From Balanoglossus misakiensis (taxonomy: Eukaryota; Animalia; Hemichordata), in assembly GCA_040954595.2 (NCBI GenBank), contig CM082598.2:3654565-3718564 (forward strand): 64,000 bases of DNA. The letters run 5' to 3'. Numbering within the stretch: position 1 is the stretch's first letter; each line of letters starts with the position of its first letter. The notes under the pieces were generated by a model, which did not search any database, had not been told where the DNA came from, and saw only the letters and a program-made list of their open reading frames with translations. Shown in pieces: positions 38,766 through 50,569 of this stretch. Position numbers and translations under genes: made by a program.

Positions 38766-39941
38766 GATATTGCGACCGAGCCAAACAATAAAGGCAAAGT
38801 TTTTACAAGATTTCCGACTTCTGGCCTCGATCCAATTCGATAGCGTAATGACTAAAATTAGACAGAGTGCCTATCTGGGAGTAAAATACTCGTTCCTACA
38901 TAGCTCTCGAGAGAATTTAATTTTGAAATCGAAGTAGCCATAAGATTACTGAATTTCCAGTTGTGTTTTCTCGTACGTGAATTAAGAGAACGCCCCAACG
39001 ACACACATGGAAAATACTGCTGGATGCAAAGCAATGTCTTCGAATTTCAATGTGTATTATTAAAACTCTTTATATTTGCACCATTATATTTGTGACGTCG
39101 TCGCCTTCTCTGTCAATTGTACATTTACACTGTATGTATGTGTAACATAAATCCATAGGCCTAAATACGCAGTATGCCATTTTGTTCTGGGAAATATTAA
39201 AATGTGATCGTACCGGCGGTTGCAAGTGCAGAACTCCTATTCTCCAGAATTCAGCTCACAGAAACCCGACACGATAGCATCAATTAATGCAAAGTGTGCT
39301 AAATGATAGTGTATAAACTGTAAAATTTGATGATAAAGACTCATTTATCAGTGCAGCTGGAGTAAAAAAATGTTGAATTATAAATAATGGTATTACAGAT
39401 CTCTCAATCTAAATAAAAGCGCCCCCGGTGTCGTAAAAATCTCCCCACTGCGTCGGTACCACCCCGAGTTTCATACCTACATATTCGATATCACTAGCAC
39501 TGTCCCCCCACGCACGTTTTCAAGACAGGCAGTTAGGCCTACTTCAGAAAAGCGTAAAAAGAGTAAATTTGATCACTGAATATTGTATTTTGAAACCCGA
39601 AATATTCAGCCAGTGTACACATACACCTTGACGGCCGCAATAGCGCATTCGCGGAGGAGACGTGTAAAGTTCAATATTTTATGCGCGATAGCTTACGCCA
39701 ATTAAAAAAGGGGCGTCTTCAATAGACCCTTCAGGTTCTCTGTCGAGGTTTGGATGTTTTATTTCAACTCGTCCTCAGCGATTCCAAGATGGACTTGCTA
39801 ATATATAGCTATCATGCAAGCAACATTTTAGTATCTCCGGTCGTTTATGTAATAGGTTCTAGATAACGCAATCGGAATCCCATTGAAATAGTCAACATAA
39901 CGAATGATTACAAGTAGATTCGATCATGGACAAATAAAGAT

Positions 39942-39984
39942 GAAGAGGGAGGGTGAGGGTGAGAGAGAGAAGAGAGAGAGAGGG

Positions 39985-40029
<45 letters not shown>

Positions 40030-40050
40030 AGAGAGAGAGAGAGAGAGAGA
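39942..40050. repeat. (GA)n / G-rich microsatellite
   Basis: Directly visible. Confidence 0.97.
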
Positions 40051-41087
40051 TGGTCGCATGATGTAGGATGCGGTGACCGTCGTTCATCATGGACAGTACT
40101 GCAGGCGATGCGGCGCTTTGCTGCAAACATTTTTCCCTCCTCGAAATGATTTTATAAACCTCAAAGCAAGTGCAACCACTCTTTCGGTTGTTAAGAATTT
40201 TATTTTATTTTAACAGGAAAAAAATGCCAAATACCAACGCGTTTCCGCATATATTTCCTCAGAACAGTGCCACACGCATAATATAAGAAGATTTCGTTCC
40301 GCCTACGCGCGACTCCGGTCATTTTCCTCCAATGTCAAAGTATAAGTGCGCAAAATAGAAAAACCAAGCTTCGTGAAACTTTCGTCCTAACATTTTTTTT
40401 TTCTGTTTGAGTTACAAGTCGGTGCAGATACCAACTTAAAAAATTATAATCGTAATGTGGTATTTTCAGTGAAAAGAAAAAACATGATAAAAGCATTAGT
40501 GTTTTACTCGAGATAAATGACGATAATTTGGATCATGATTTTTCTGTCGTAACATGCCTCATTACGACAAAACGACAAAGTTGGACGCTCGCCAGTTTCG
40601 CTGTATGCTACGCACAGCTAGGATAGCTGAGATATGAAAATAAAATACTCCTTGCATTAAAATATCACGAAATGTCACTCACAAACGCTTTCCTGCGATA
40701 AATAAAACCGTCCGAAAATATCGCAGGTGGTCTCGGCGTACCGTGAAATTAAACGCGTATGCTGTATGCAGGCGCTATGCATGCATGTGTCGAGGAGATC
40801 GTGAGTATTTGGCGATGATGTCGATGCGTGTCGAGACGTTTCTGGGTTTGTCGAGGAGCTCCAGCGACAGAATTAAGCGGGCGTTTTACGCGTTGTGCGG
40901 GGAAACTGCACACACACAGAACAGGTCGCTTTACCCGGTGACGGTTGTTATTTGAGTGCGTGCAGATGGTTGTATAACGTGCTTGGCGGCGGTCGTGCCT
41001 CGTCTCCCGCAGGAAGCCCCACACCCCGTCTCGCAGCCCATTCATCAACTGAACGCCAACAATACGAAACAAGTGAAACACCCTCAC

Positions 41088-41212
41088 CTCTTCTTCTCCG
41101 TGTAGGTCAGCAGCCGCCGTCGCTTGAAGACCAAGTCCACCACATTGTTGTCGATAAACTTGGACAGCTGCAGCGTGGACATTTCTGTCCGGTACGTGAG
41201 AGTCGCCGGCAT
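41088..41212 (-). CDS. MDM2: MDM gene, candidate distal first exon 1a (coding part)
   Basis: Inr-like TCAGTT (41223-41228) then ATG; MPATLTYRTEMSTLQLSKFIDNNVVDLVFKRRRLLTYTEKK(R), phase-2 donor AG|GTGAGG; CpG-rich. Assignment to MDM rests on phase compatibility only. Confidence 0.45.
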
Positions 41213-44200
41213 CGTGATGTGAAACTGAACTGCCGACGAGAATGCCAAACCGTTAAAAACAACATTGGGGCGAATTCGATGGAACACGCTCATCGAGCTC
41301 CGCATGCCAAAACATGACCCCAATTCTCATACGTCAGGGCATGTAAAATCCACATGCCATATCTCCCGGCGAACCGCGTTACAGCATGTACATTTTTTTT
41401 TTATCTCCAACCTTTATTATGTGACCATTTAAAACTATTCTTATCATGTAAACCACACATAACAATTAAACTTACTCACGAGTTTAATTTTTCGCTGATA
41501 TTTTCACGTTTTATTAAAATTCGCGTCGTTGTGGGGGCTGGGCGTCGTTAACTTTATGGGGGCGCGCTTGCCCTAGCCCTCTGCCGACTTAATGACCATT
41601 CTTTGGAAATGCTAACAATGCATGTGTTCTATCAAGCGTGTCAAAAGGTCTTTGTGTGTGTGAGAAATGACCCCGAATATCTGCTTGAGATACTCGTTGG
41701 CACAGGTTTAATTTAGGTCCCAGGTGAAGTAACATTGCGGGGCATTACAAGTTAATTATTAGAATTAGGACTTCAATTGACAGAGCAGAAAGAGCCGATT
41801 GTCCAGCCGATAACATCTCAGTGACACCTGTTGACGCATGGTCCCAGACAGAACTGTTGAACTCTGACCCTTCTCTGCGAACAAGTGTTTGTTTTAGCAA
41901 TATAACATGTCCCAGAATGAAGTCAGTTTTATAGCGGAGCTCTTGAAAAAAATGGACGGTTTATTCCACGGATGACACACCAAGTCGGCACTTGTAAAAA
42001 CGAAACGGTTGAACGTGGAACGCGAACTGTCGACGCAGTGTGTACGCGAAGCTCGACGCGGAATAACATGTTTCAGTCGCACACCCTGGACAAGTTCGTT
42101 TGCGCTTACATGTTCGGATTTGGCGGGAGCGGCTAGTGCCGAATTAAATTTTGCAACCCCGAGCAACAGAGGGGAATTTCTCGCGAAGCCACAACGGGTA
42201 CTTGCAGTAGCCACAACCAAAGGTAACCCGAAATGAACACACAAAAAGAAAACTATGGGCGTGTACGCACGCGTCAAGGCGACCCCCTCGCCATGATATG
42301 TTGAAAATGTGCAATTGTGTCTACAAGTTGAACAGGCTGTATTTGGTCAAGCCACACAACTTGGCAACCGCTAACAAGCCGGAGCCTTGAGACGTGCTTT
42401 ATAAAACTGCCCGACACTCTCATTTCCGTAAATGGTAATTTGACATTTTCAGCCAGGGATTATATTTCTAATTCCTGTTTATTGTCCGGTCCATTGACGC
42501 GCATTGGCCATATCCCCCCAGGCCTGGCTTTCCCCGACAAATGACACTGAGTCTCTCTCTATTTTTGTATTAGGGTAAAATTGAAATTAACGCTCACGGA
42601 CAAAATTGACGTCAGCAGTGCACGACATCTTCTCTTGAATATACTTGCGAACCTCGGGGTGTGTCCGCTCAGTTTTGAAGTCGAGTTCTTTTCATGTTTT
42701 TACATCAACTGGCCTTGTGTTTTTAATTAGGCCAGATTCAGACAAAAACGCGTGCAATTACGATCTACAATGGAGATTCGCAATATTTTGATAGAAAATT
42801 AGCACTTTCGGTTATGTGACGTATTCACACACGTCTGACGACTTTGTTTAATCGGACAACGAAACATTCACACCGCGACACAAACTGCTGGCCATTGAAA
42901 CCAAACCATTGTCGCAAACATCCGCCTCTTTACGACACCTGCTTCATCGCGGAAGTATCAGCTGGAAACTCGCGAAAATTCGAATGATTCCGACCGTTCA
43001 ATTCGCCGATAACGTGGACGCCTCCGTTGCTATGCAGTTAGTGAGCGGGGTCAGTGGTCAACCCCTGGGATTATAATCTCCGCTGCGGAATCGCTCATGG
43101 CGATCAAAATGATGAACTTATAAAAAGTCCACTAAACTTTTGACAGCCAGCTCCAGTACAGAGCTTACGAAGGACGTAAAATACAACACACGAGGCGGTG
43201 AATCAACAAAAATACAGGGAATATAATTCGAAGGGTGTCCCGTCCACGAGCGTAAAAGGACCACGGCGGGATCTAGCCCCTCTGTCGGCATTTTTTCACT
43301 GCACACACAAACCGCTTGTCGGTTCGCGCCCGACAAGGTGTCCACTGTTTCAACCTCCGGTAGCAATTATCACACCCCGGTTGCTGAACACATAGAGGCC
43401 ACTCAACGCGATATATTCAAGACGAACTCATTCAAACAGAACACAATGCTCCACTTAAACGAAGGCATTCCTTCGTTTTATTCGATAAAAATGGGGAGTC
43501 ACTTTGGCACTGGTTAGAGACAAGTCGGAATGGATACTGTATTACAAAAGTTCAGAGTTTATGGCGCATACATGTCCACAGGACACACAGAAACATGTCT
43601 TTATTTGCCTTTCAAAAACACAGATATTTGACTTCAAAATGAAGTCCCACCGACGCATCGGGCAGGTTAATGTCCATTTTATGAAACAATTGTGTCGGAA
43701 ATAAATCATGAAAAACGTTCAAATTATTGCAAGATTTGTATCAGACGACCACAAGGCGAACATTTTGAAATTTGTTGACAGGAAACCGGGGCGTTCCCGA
43801 GCGACCACCTCATTACTAGTATTCATAACTGATTATAGCGCCCATTAACACGTCGAGGACTTCATAATGAAGTCACACTAGGCGTAATGAGCAGGGAAAT
43901 CAACAAAGTAAAGCTTTCTGTTTGCACAAAAACATGTTCAGACTTATTTGCATCAGAGGGGCACTGATAACGAGCTGGCGCGGTCCATGTTGAACGACAT
44001 TTCAACTTTGTATGCAATTACGTCACCACTTGCCATGGATACTTTAGACGTCACAGTTTTGGAAGGGTGTCACATTCTCGGACAATGTTGGCATTTTCTG
44101 GACCAGCTCCAGCCTCAGTTAATTCCACGCTTCTTTATAATGAACCCTTACTGCACCTACACCGAGATATAGTTTTCACTCTACGGCAATGTATGGAGAA

Positions 44201-44872
44201 TAATTGTTCAAAATTTCCCGGCGCGCATTGGTAATATCATGGAGTACGTCCATGGTCATAGTAGTACCTGCTCGAACAAAAGTCACGGTCTGTCACGAAG
44301 CCAGGTCAGCTAACGTAACCCAGCCAACAAGCAAACACATTTTGTCGGTTTTATGCGCGTTGTAAACGATCGGCAAATACAAAGTTTGCTCTGCGCGTGG
44401 GAAGGTAAACCGAATTCCCCCACACCTCGGCGCAGTGGTATGCAACCCGTTGCTGCCGTAAAGAACCAAGTCTCGCGGTAATTAATCAAGTCTCGCAAGA
44501 TCTCGCACAGAGCGGAAAATCATAACACTCACAACAACAAAAACCAAGTCGCATATAGACTGCACAAAAGTAACTATTTATTACATTACTAGAAGGATAC
44601 AACACGGTAATATTTTTTTGTATCGTAAAGAAAAAATCCGTGCTACAAACAAAATAAATACAATATGGTTGTTCACACGTTTAGCATTCGAGATATATTC
44701 ATTTGAAAGTGCGCATGCGTGCACGAACAAGTGCATCATCAGTTATTAAACCTCTGATGTACACTCGTGTTTCTTAAATGTATGGAATATGACAAACCAG
44801 ATAGCTTAATGTACAGAAATAATTCAAACGAATAATGTCAAAAAAGTGAAAGATTTCCGCCGTTTTATTACT

Positions 44873-45043
44873 TTAAAGGTATACGGTCACCTATGCAAAT
44901 TTAGCCACAGTTACCATGGTAAATTTAGATCTAGCCAATCACTGATTTTCAGTGGGTGGCACACGCGAAAAAAAGAGCACTCAAATACGCCATTTCAGCC
45001 AAATATGGGCGTATGTAAATTGGAGGTGACTGTATACCTTTAA
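44873..45043. mobile_element. 163-bp MITE, TTAA duplication with AGG...CCT ends (Kolobok-like)
   Basis: TTAA-AGGTATACGGTCACCT ... AGGTGACTGTATACCT-TTAA, 15/16 inverted match. Confidence 0.8.
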
Positions 45044-45189
45044 ATACAGTAATGGGCACTGAATGCTCGCGAGTGGCAAAAACACTTACATTAATACTCA
45101 TAGTTAAGTGGTACATAAAGATAGGTTTAAATAAGCTGATAATACGAATGTACAATACTCTGACAACTGTGTTTTGAATTGAATTTTAT

Positions 45190-45724
45190 CCATCATATAA
45201 CAGGAGAAATATAGCCCTGCCAATAACAGGACGAGGTACCCGCCGCCGCTGGGTAAGGGGACAACAACTAGAATTGCCTTGCTCAAGGGCACAACATGGC
45301 GGCCATGAAATCACCTTCACTCCCTCCACAGAAAGGGGAGGGGTGCTGCCAGTTCCTCCACACAGGGAGGGGCAGTGGGTCACCACCCTCGTATGATCCA
45401 CGGCCATGACCTTTGGGCTGGGAATCGAACCCACAACCCTCCGAGTGAGTCCAGTACCTAGACTTGCTCCAAGTCTAGTCTGTGGGCTTCATTATGTGTA
45501 GGGAACGCGCAGCGTCGCTACCCGAAACCACAAGCTCAGTCCCAAATTCGAAACTAGCCTCACTACCAAAAACATGCTCAAGGCAAGCATGCACGCAAAA
45601 AGTATTGAAATTATTCAAGACAAAAAAACACCGAAAACACAAAAAGTATTGAGATTTAAAAATCACCACGCGACTAGTGGGCTAGTCTATCCAGTACCCT
45701 TCACCACTAGGCCACGATGCCTCC
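45190..45724 (-). mobile_element. tRNA-derived SINE, interrupted by a nested insertion
   Basis: Pol III A box TGGCCTAGTGG (45704-45714), B box GGTTCGATTCC (45421-45431), and body motif TTGTGCCCTTGAGCAAGGCA; a related copy lies at ~11.5 kb. Confidence 0.75.
45459..45689. mobile_element. 231-bp non-autonomous DNA element nested in the SINE
   Basis: Exact 9-bp direct repeat TCCAGTACC at 45450-45458 and 45690-45698; termini TAGACTTGC...GCTAGTCTA. Confidence 0.8.
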
Positions 45725-46254
45725 ATGATATGAATAAAGTGCGTATCCCATAGATTATAACAATGAACATGCAAGATGTTAGTCCCGACCACCCAGAACT
45801 CAAAATTAGGCTACAGAGATCTGGAAAATGCACAATAAAATAATTGTGACGATCCATATCCAATAAATCTCACCTAAGCCTATACATGGCCAATTGCAAA
45901 GACAACCACAACACAGCACAGAAAACTAACAAAGACCACAGAACGATGTTAAATCCGTCAGAGAAAAAATATATATATGGACCAAATGTTGATATGATAG
46001 TTTCGTTGCAAGACAAGAGCAAACAACCCAGTCTTCCCACTTTGCCGAACGCCAAAATCTGAGTTTGACCAAATTCACGTACCAGTGTAGTGCGGACGCA
46101 GACCAAATATAGTTCCGCAAATGACCGACAGTTATATTGCGTCGCCCTAAATTTCGAATGTGAACAGCACTCGGATTCGAGCATGCGCAGGGACAATGTT
46201 TCGGTGCTACAAAACTTTGGATGATCTTACGTCATGACACAAAGGCAAACCGGT

Positions 46255-47493
46255 TTACACAGGGACATTCAACCGACGATTTCCTTGTGGTGCCACTGCT
46301 TGAGGGATTGGGTCTAAATTCGTGGATCTACACCCAAAAACCTGTTTAAGGCCACTGCGAAACTCTTTATACCTGAACGCATATATAAAGGGGTTGACGC
46401 ACATATTAGTGTAGACCATAACTAGCGTAGCAAAGTATACAATGCCGTCATAATAAAAATCCGCCCCGAGATTGGCGACAAAATATGAAATGGACGCCGG
46501 GGACCAACAGATTATGAATGTGATCGAGACGATCAGCATGGTGTTTGTGACATTCCTCCGAGCTTTGGCGAAGGTGCTTTCTCCCCGTTGCCGTGCTCGC
46601 CCAGGGTTAATACTCGGCGGTACTAAACCTCCATGGTTAATAGCAGATGTACTTGCGCTGCCCTGGCTGGGGAGTTCGGGAGCCAACAAACCACCGGGTG
46701 CTGGCGTAGCGGCGTCTGCGTCTCTTTCGGGGCGCTCGCTTTGGCGTGGCGTGGCTAACGCCGGCGCTGACGCTGACGCCGGCGCGCGCGCGGGCTGGAC
46801 CCTGACGAGTCTGGGACCAATCTGCTGCGTCTGCTGGGTGCGTCTTTTCAGCTCAACGATAATATTACCATAAGCAAACGTCATGATGCCCAGAGGCAAG
46901 ACGTACTCAGTGGCAAAGAGGAAGGCCCCGACCAACTTCTCTACACCCGGGTTCGGAAACTCCTTGATGTGACAGGAGCCGCCCTGACTGTAGTTGCGCG
47001 GCGGCCAATAGGTCTCTCGTACAAAACCAATCACCCACACTACACCAATCACCACCTTCACCTTGGTGCGGGTGATCTTATTTCGGTGATACACGGGGTG
47101 GCAAACCGCTAGGTATCTCTCAAGGGAAATGACGGTGAGGTTGGCAGTCGACGCGATAAACAGAGCCCAGAGGGTGTACTCCGACAGCCATACGGAGCAC
47201 AGAACATCCCCGGCTGTGTTATCAGGGATGACAGCGGGCGACGGGGCAAACACAATCAAGACCATGAACAACAAAGAGGTGGTTAAATCAATGACGGACT
47301 GGTTTAGGAGGAAAACGTTAGTGAGCGATTTACGGAATTTTTTTATTTTTATGAACACCACGCAGACCAGTAAATTCCCAAGAACCCCGAGAACACCCTG
47401 AAGAGCGTAAAGGACTCTCAGCGCAGTGGGCTGCTGCTGGTTGGTAAAGTTGTCCGTTGGCGACGCACTAGTCGAATTGGCCGTGATATTCAT
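46255..47493 (-). CDS. Rhodopsin-class (A) GPCR, peptide-receptor-like orphan (galanin/allatostatin/somatostatin-like), single coding exon
   Basis: 412-aa ORF with 7 hydrophobic segments, N-terminal sequons (NIT, NST, NFT), GN in TM1, ERY in TM3, CWSP in TM6, NPFIY in TM7, helix 8 and a C-terminal Cys. 5' UTR acceptor tttttttcag| at 47677. Confidence 0.95.
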   Translation of the reverse strand: MNITANSTSASPTDNFTNQQQPTALRVLYALQGVLGVLGNLLVCVVFIKIKKFRKSLTNVFLLNQSVIDLTTSLLFMVLIVFAPSPAVIPDNTAGDVLCSVWLSEYTLWALFIASTANLTVISLERYLAVCHPVYHRNKITRTKVKVVIGVVWVIGFVRETYWPPRNYSQGGSCHIKEFPNPGVEKLVGAFLFATEYVLPLGIMTFAYGNIIVELKRRTQQTQQIGPRLVRVQPARAPASASAPALATPRQSERPERDADAATPAPGGLLAPELPSQGSASTSAINHGGLVPPSINPGRARQRGESTFAKARRNVTNTMLIVSITFIICWSPASISYFVANLGADFYYDGIVYFATLVMVYTNMCVNPFIYAFRYKEFRSGLKQVFGCRSTNLDPIPQAVAPQGNRRLNVPV

Positions 47494-48168
47494 GATGCCT
47501 TCGTTGACCTGTTCATTCCGATTGGTTTGAAACGCGGCTCTCCTTGGTGCCGAAAGAAGTTTTTAGAGTCCGTGCGCGCTTGTCTTTGAATTTTTTCTCA
47601 AACTCTTTCCTTGTCCCCGCTGTGCTTGTCGCGTATTGTATAAGTACAGTATCAAAATTGCAGTGGAACGCGGCCACCTGAAAAAAAGTACAAATGGGGA
47701 TATTTCCTTTTGGTACCTTTTCGAGATTTAACAATGACAGGAAAACTATATAAAATGTGTATTTGACGGCGCGTCATACCTTGTAACTGAAATACGCCTA
47801 CGGTCGCTGTGATTCTTGTGTACATGTGTACGGGTCTTTGTCTTCACGTGCTAATGGTGCCCTGGTCGTAGCTGCTAGCCAAATCAGGCCAGATCTTTCT
47901 TGACAAAAAATTTGTCAATCCTGGCGAAATACGAAAATTAAAGGACGTGTATGAGTTTACCTCAAAGGAAAACACCGCGTGAGGTCTTGTCCGTGCAAAA
48001 TTTGAATTCAAGTCCGGACTAGAATTCATTTGTGAACAATAACAATGACTGTTACACACACGCAGGCTAAGTTGACAAACAGTATATTAGCGTGCTGTTT
48101 GGAGTAGGGCAAGAAATAGCATCTTGTACACGCAACAAAAGTACTGGAAGTACAATCAAAAGTTACAG

Positions 48169-48554
48169 CTAAGGCCAGGATAAAAAAAAAAAAATGTTCA
48201 TCGGAATCGCCGTTTCTACTTTGGCTGATTTGGAAAAAAAAATTTGGATCTCGGCAAATTCTACTTCCGCATTACAAAATTCTTAGTACTGGCGCTGGTG
48301 GCCAGAATATGTAATGGCCTATGTTACTGTTGGGAAATATAATATTGAATTCAGTTACAAGTACATGTGTCAGTGTTTTTGTCGGAGATATTTCTGGTAA
48401 AAAGGGAAGCAATTATCTCGCCTTGTCTGCATCTGTGCAAATATGCCACAGTCTAAAATAAAAAATAAAAAAAATAAAAAAATATTCGCTCGCCGCTCCT
48501 GGAACTTGGTCCAAAAAATCCGATGAACAAGATTTTTATTCTTTCTGGCCTAAT
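48169..48554. mobile_element. ~380-bp MITE with AGGCCAG...CTGGCCT ends (Kolobok-like)
   Basis: Left AGGCCAGGATAAAAA...TGTTCATCGGA and right TCCGATGAACA...TTTCTGGCCT form an imperfect ~35-bp inverted repeat. Confidence 0.65.
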
Positions 48555-50514
48555 ATCCCTTTAAAATGCGTTCAGAAATGTTTGCAGTTGACATTGGGGC
48601 TAGGAAAACGTATATTGATGGGTGACATCAACAAACGGCAAGACACAGTGACCAAAAAATCGTGCCTACAGGTAACGTTTCAACGTGTGACTTGTCATGT
48701 CTTTTTTCCCCCTAACGTTGACTCTAGATGTAGAGAATTGTTTTAATGTTTTCGCGGTGCAATAATCTCTACAAGTATTCATGTTCTGACACACGGACCA
48801 GCCATTATGGTCAGTCGAACCATTTTCGCTGAATAAAAATGTGGACAATTCAAATAATTTTCACTTAAGTTAACGTTTTTGTGCGATGAACAATCTCTAA
48901 GATCACCAACCTTGCCGAAAATTGCTCGACTGCTGTAGAAATATATTTGTAAGGTTTTCCGATGTCTTTGTCGAGGGCAACAACTGACAATATAGAGTGG
49001 GAAGAAATAATTTTGTTTGTGTTTGGGAAAATACTGCTGGTTTTGGCACAAACGACAGAAATACTATTCAGATATATCATGGATGCTGGCTACGTCACAA
49101 TTCAGACATCTATCGCCAAATTTAACAGAAAATATTGAGAAAATGTGAATTTTTGTGCGTGCACAATATCAATGCTGTGTTGATCAGCTAACTGCTGGAT
49201 GTTTTAAGAATTTGTAAAAAGGAATGCAGTAGATACACAAAACAAAAGTAATTAACACAAAACAAGTGTTTAAAACGTAGAAGCGAAAAGCTAATGGAGT
49301 TTTACTAGTAAATACATTCAGTATTTATTCATACTTACATCTCGAGGAGCGCCTCCCTCTTAGCACTTGATTTCACCAATGTCACCAGTCTGTGCGCAAG
49401 ATTTCAAGTGACCAGACGCACTTACACAACGGAGGATATACATGTACTTAGGACTTGTGCGCATGCCCATAGGATGAAATTGAGATTGCGAGAAAACCCA
49501 CTCATACTATTGTCATGACATTTTATGCATAGCTCAGTCAAGTAAAAATAAATTCATTAGTCAAATAAAATCGTCTGATCACTCTGTTTTGAGATCAACT
49601 TCGTTAAAGAAAAACGATGAAAAAAAAACGATGGAAATAATCGTACTATGAAACTTCAAGTTCATAAACAAAGCATAATCTTATCCACTGGAACTCATGG
49701 AAGTAGACCTACTCCAATGAGACATTACATTTCCATTTCCATTTTTCATTGCAATATTTCACTTTTTAAAAAATTGCGGGAATTTTCGACTTTGGTGATA
49801 TTTCTTTAATTTTTTGACTTTTTTGTCATAAATAAGTGTTATCTTGATATAATTTCAGGCAATATCATTTAATAGACAATTAAAAGCATATCCGATATTA
49901 TTAAAAACATAATTTTTTTATCCAGTTGCAGCTTCATGGCGACTTTTGAATGTTTTGTCTATACGCAAACCATTGGCGAAAAATGTTCTGTCGTGTGTCA
50001 TTGACATTTGAGCAAAGGATTATTTCGTAAGCTGTTCGATACTTAATGCCTTGAAGGAACTACACATATATATTTAGAACAAAATGACTGTCCTTCTAGC
50101 CTTCGAATTATTTGCGAAAAACACTCTTTCATGAATTTGCCCCGAGAAAATTATGAAAAAAAGTTTCAAACCCCCGATTTTCACACAAAAGAACTCAGAT
50201 GAGACAATAAGATCTTAATGAGTGAGACGCATGTGTAAAACGAGAGGTTTTTTTTTTCTTCCGGCAAAGGACGCGCGAGCATCGAAGGAAGAAATGAAGA
50301 GAACGGCACTTGTTTACTGCACTAGGTTTAACAATTGCCCGCTATTCGTGGCCTTGCCGACGCCTGACGCGGTCGAAACAGGAAAACATTTTAAAAATAC
50401 AAATAAAATTATGAAACTACTAAAAATGTTCTCCTTCAAACCGCAATTCAACAAGTAATCTTCCGCATTTTGTACAGATGCGACGACGATTTCCTGTAGA
50501 AATCGCCGTGAGGA

Positions 50515-50569
50515 GCAGACTGAGGAGGTACAAGATACAGAAATTACGCGCTGACGCGAAAGTCTCTAC
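50515..50569 (+). ncRNA. Hammerhead-ribozyme-like motif (type I, partly decayed)
   Basis: gcaga-CTGAGGA-gGTAcaagaTACa-GAAA-ttaCGCGctgaCGCGaaag-TC-tctac: conserved core plus recognisable stems I, II and III with a few mismatches. Confidence 0.5.

Noticed and set aside
45421-45431. tRNA gene (B box; also ~1760)
   Set aside because: No cloverleaf; belongs to a SINE head.
46472-47401. + strand ORFs over the GPCR
   Set aside because: Antisense shadows of the real CDS.
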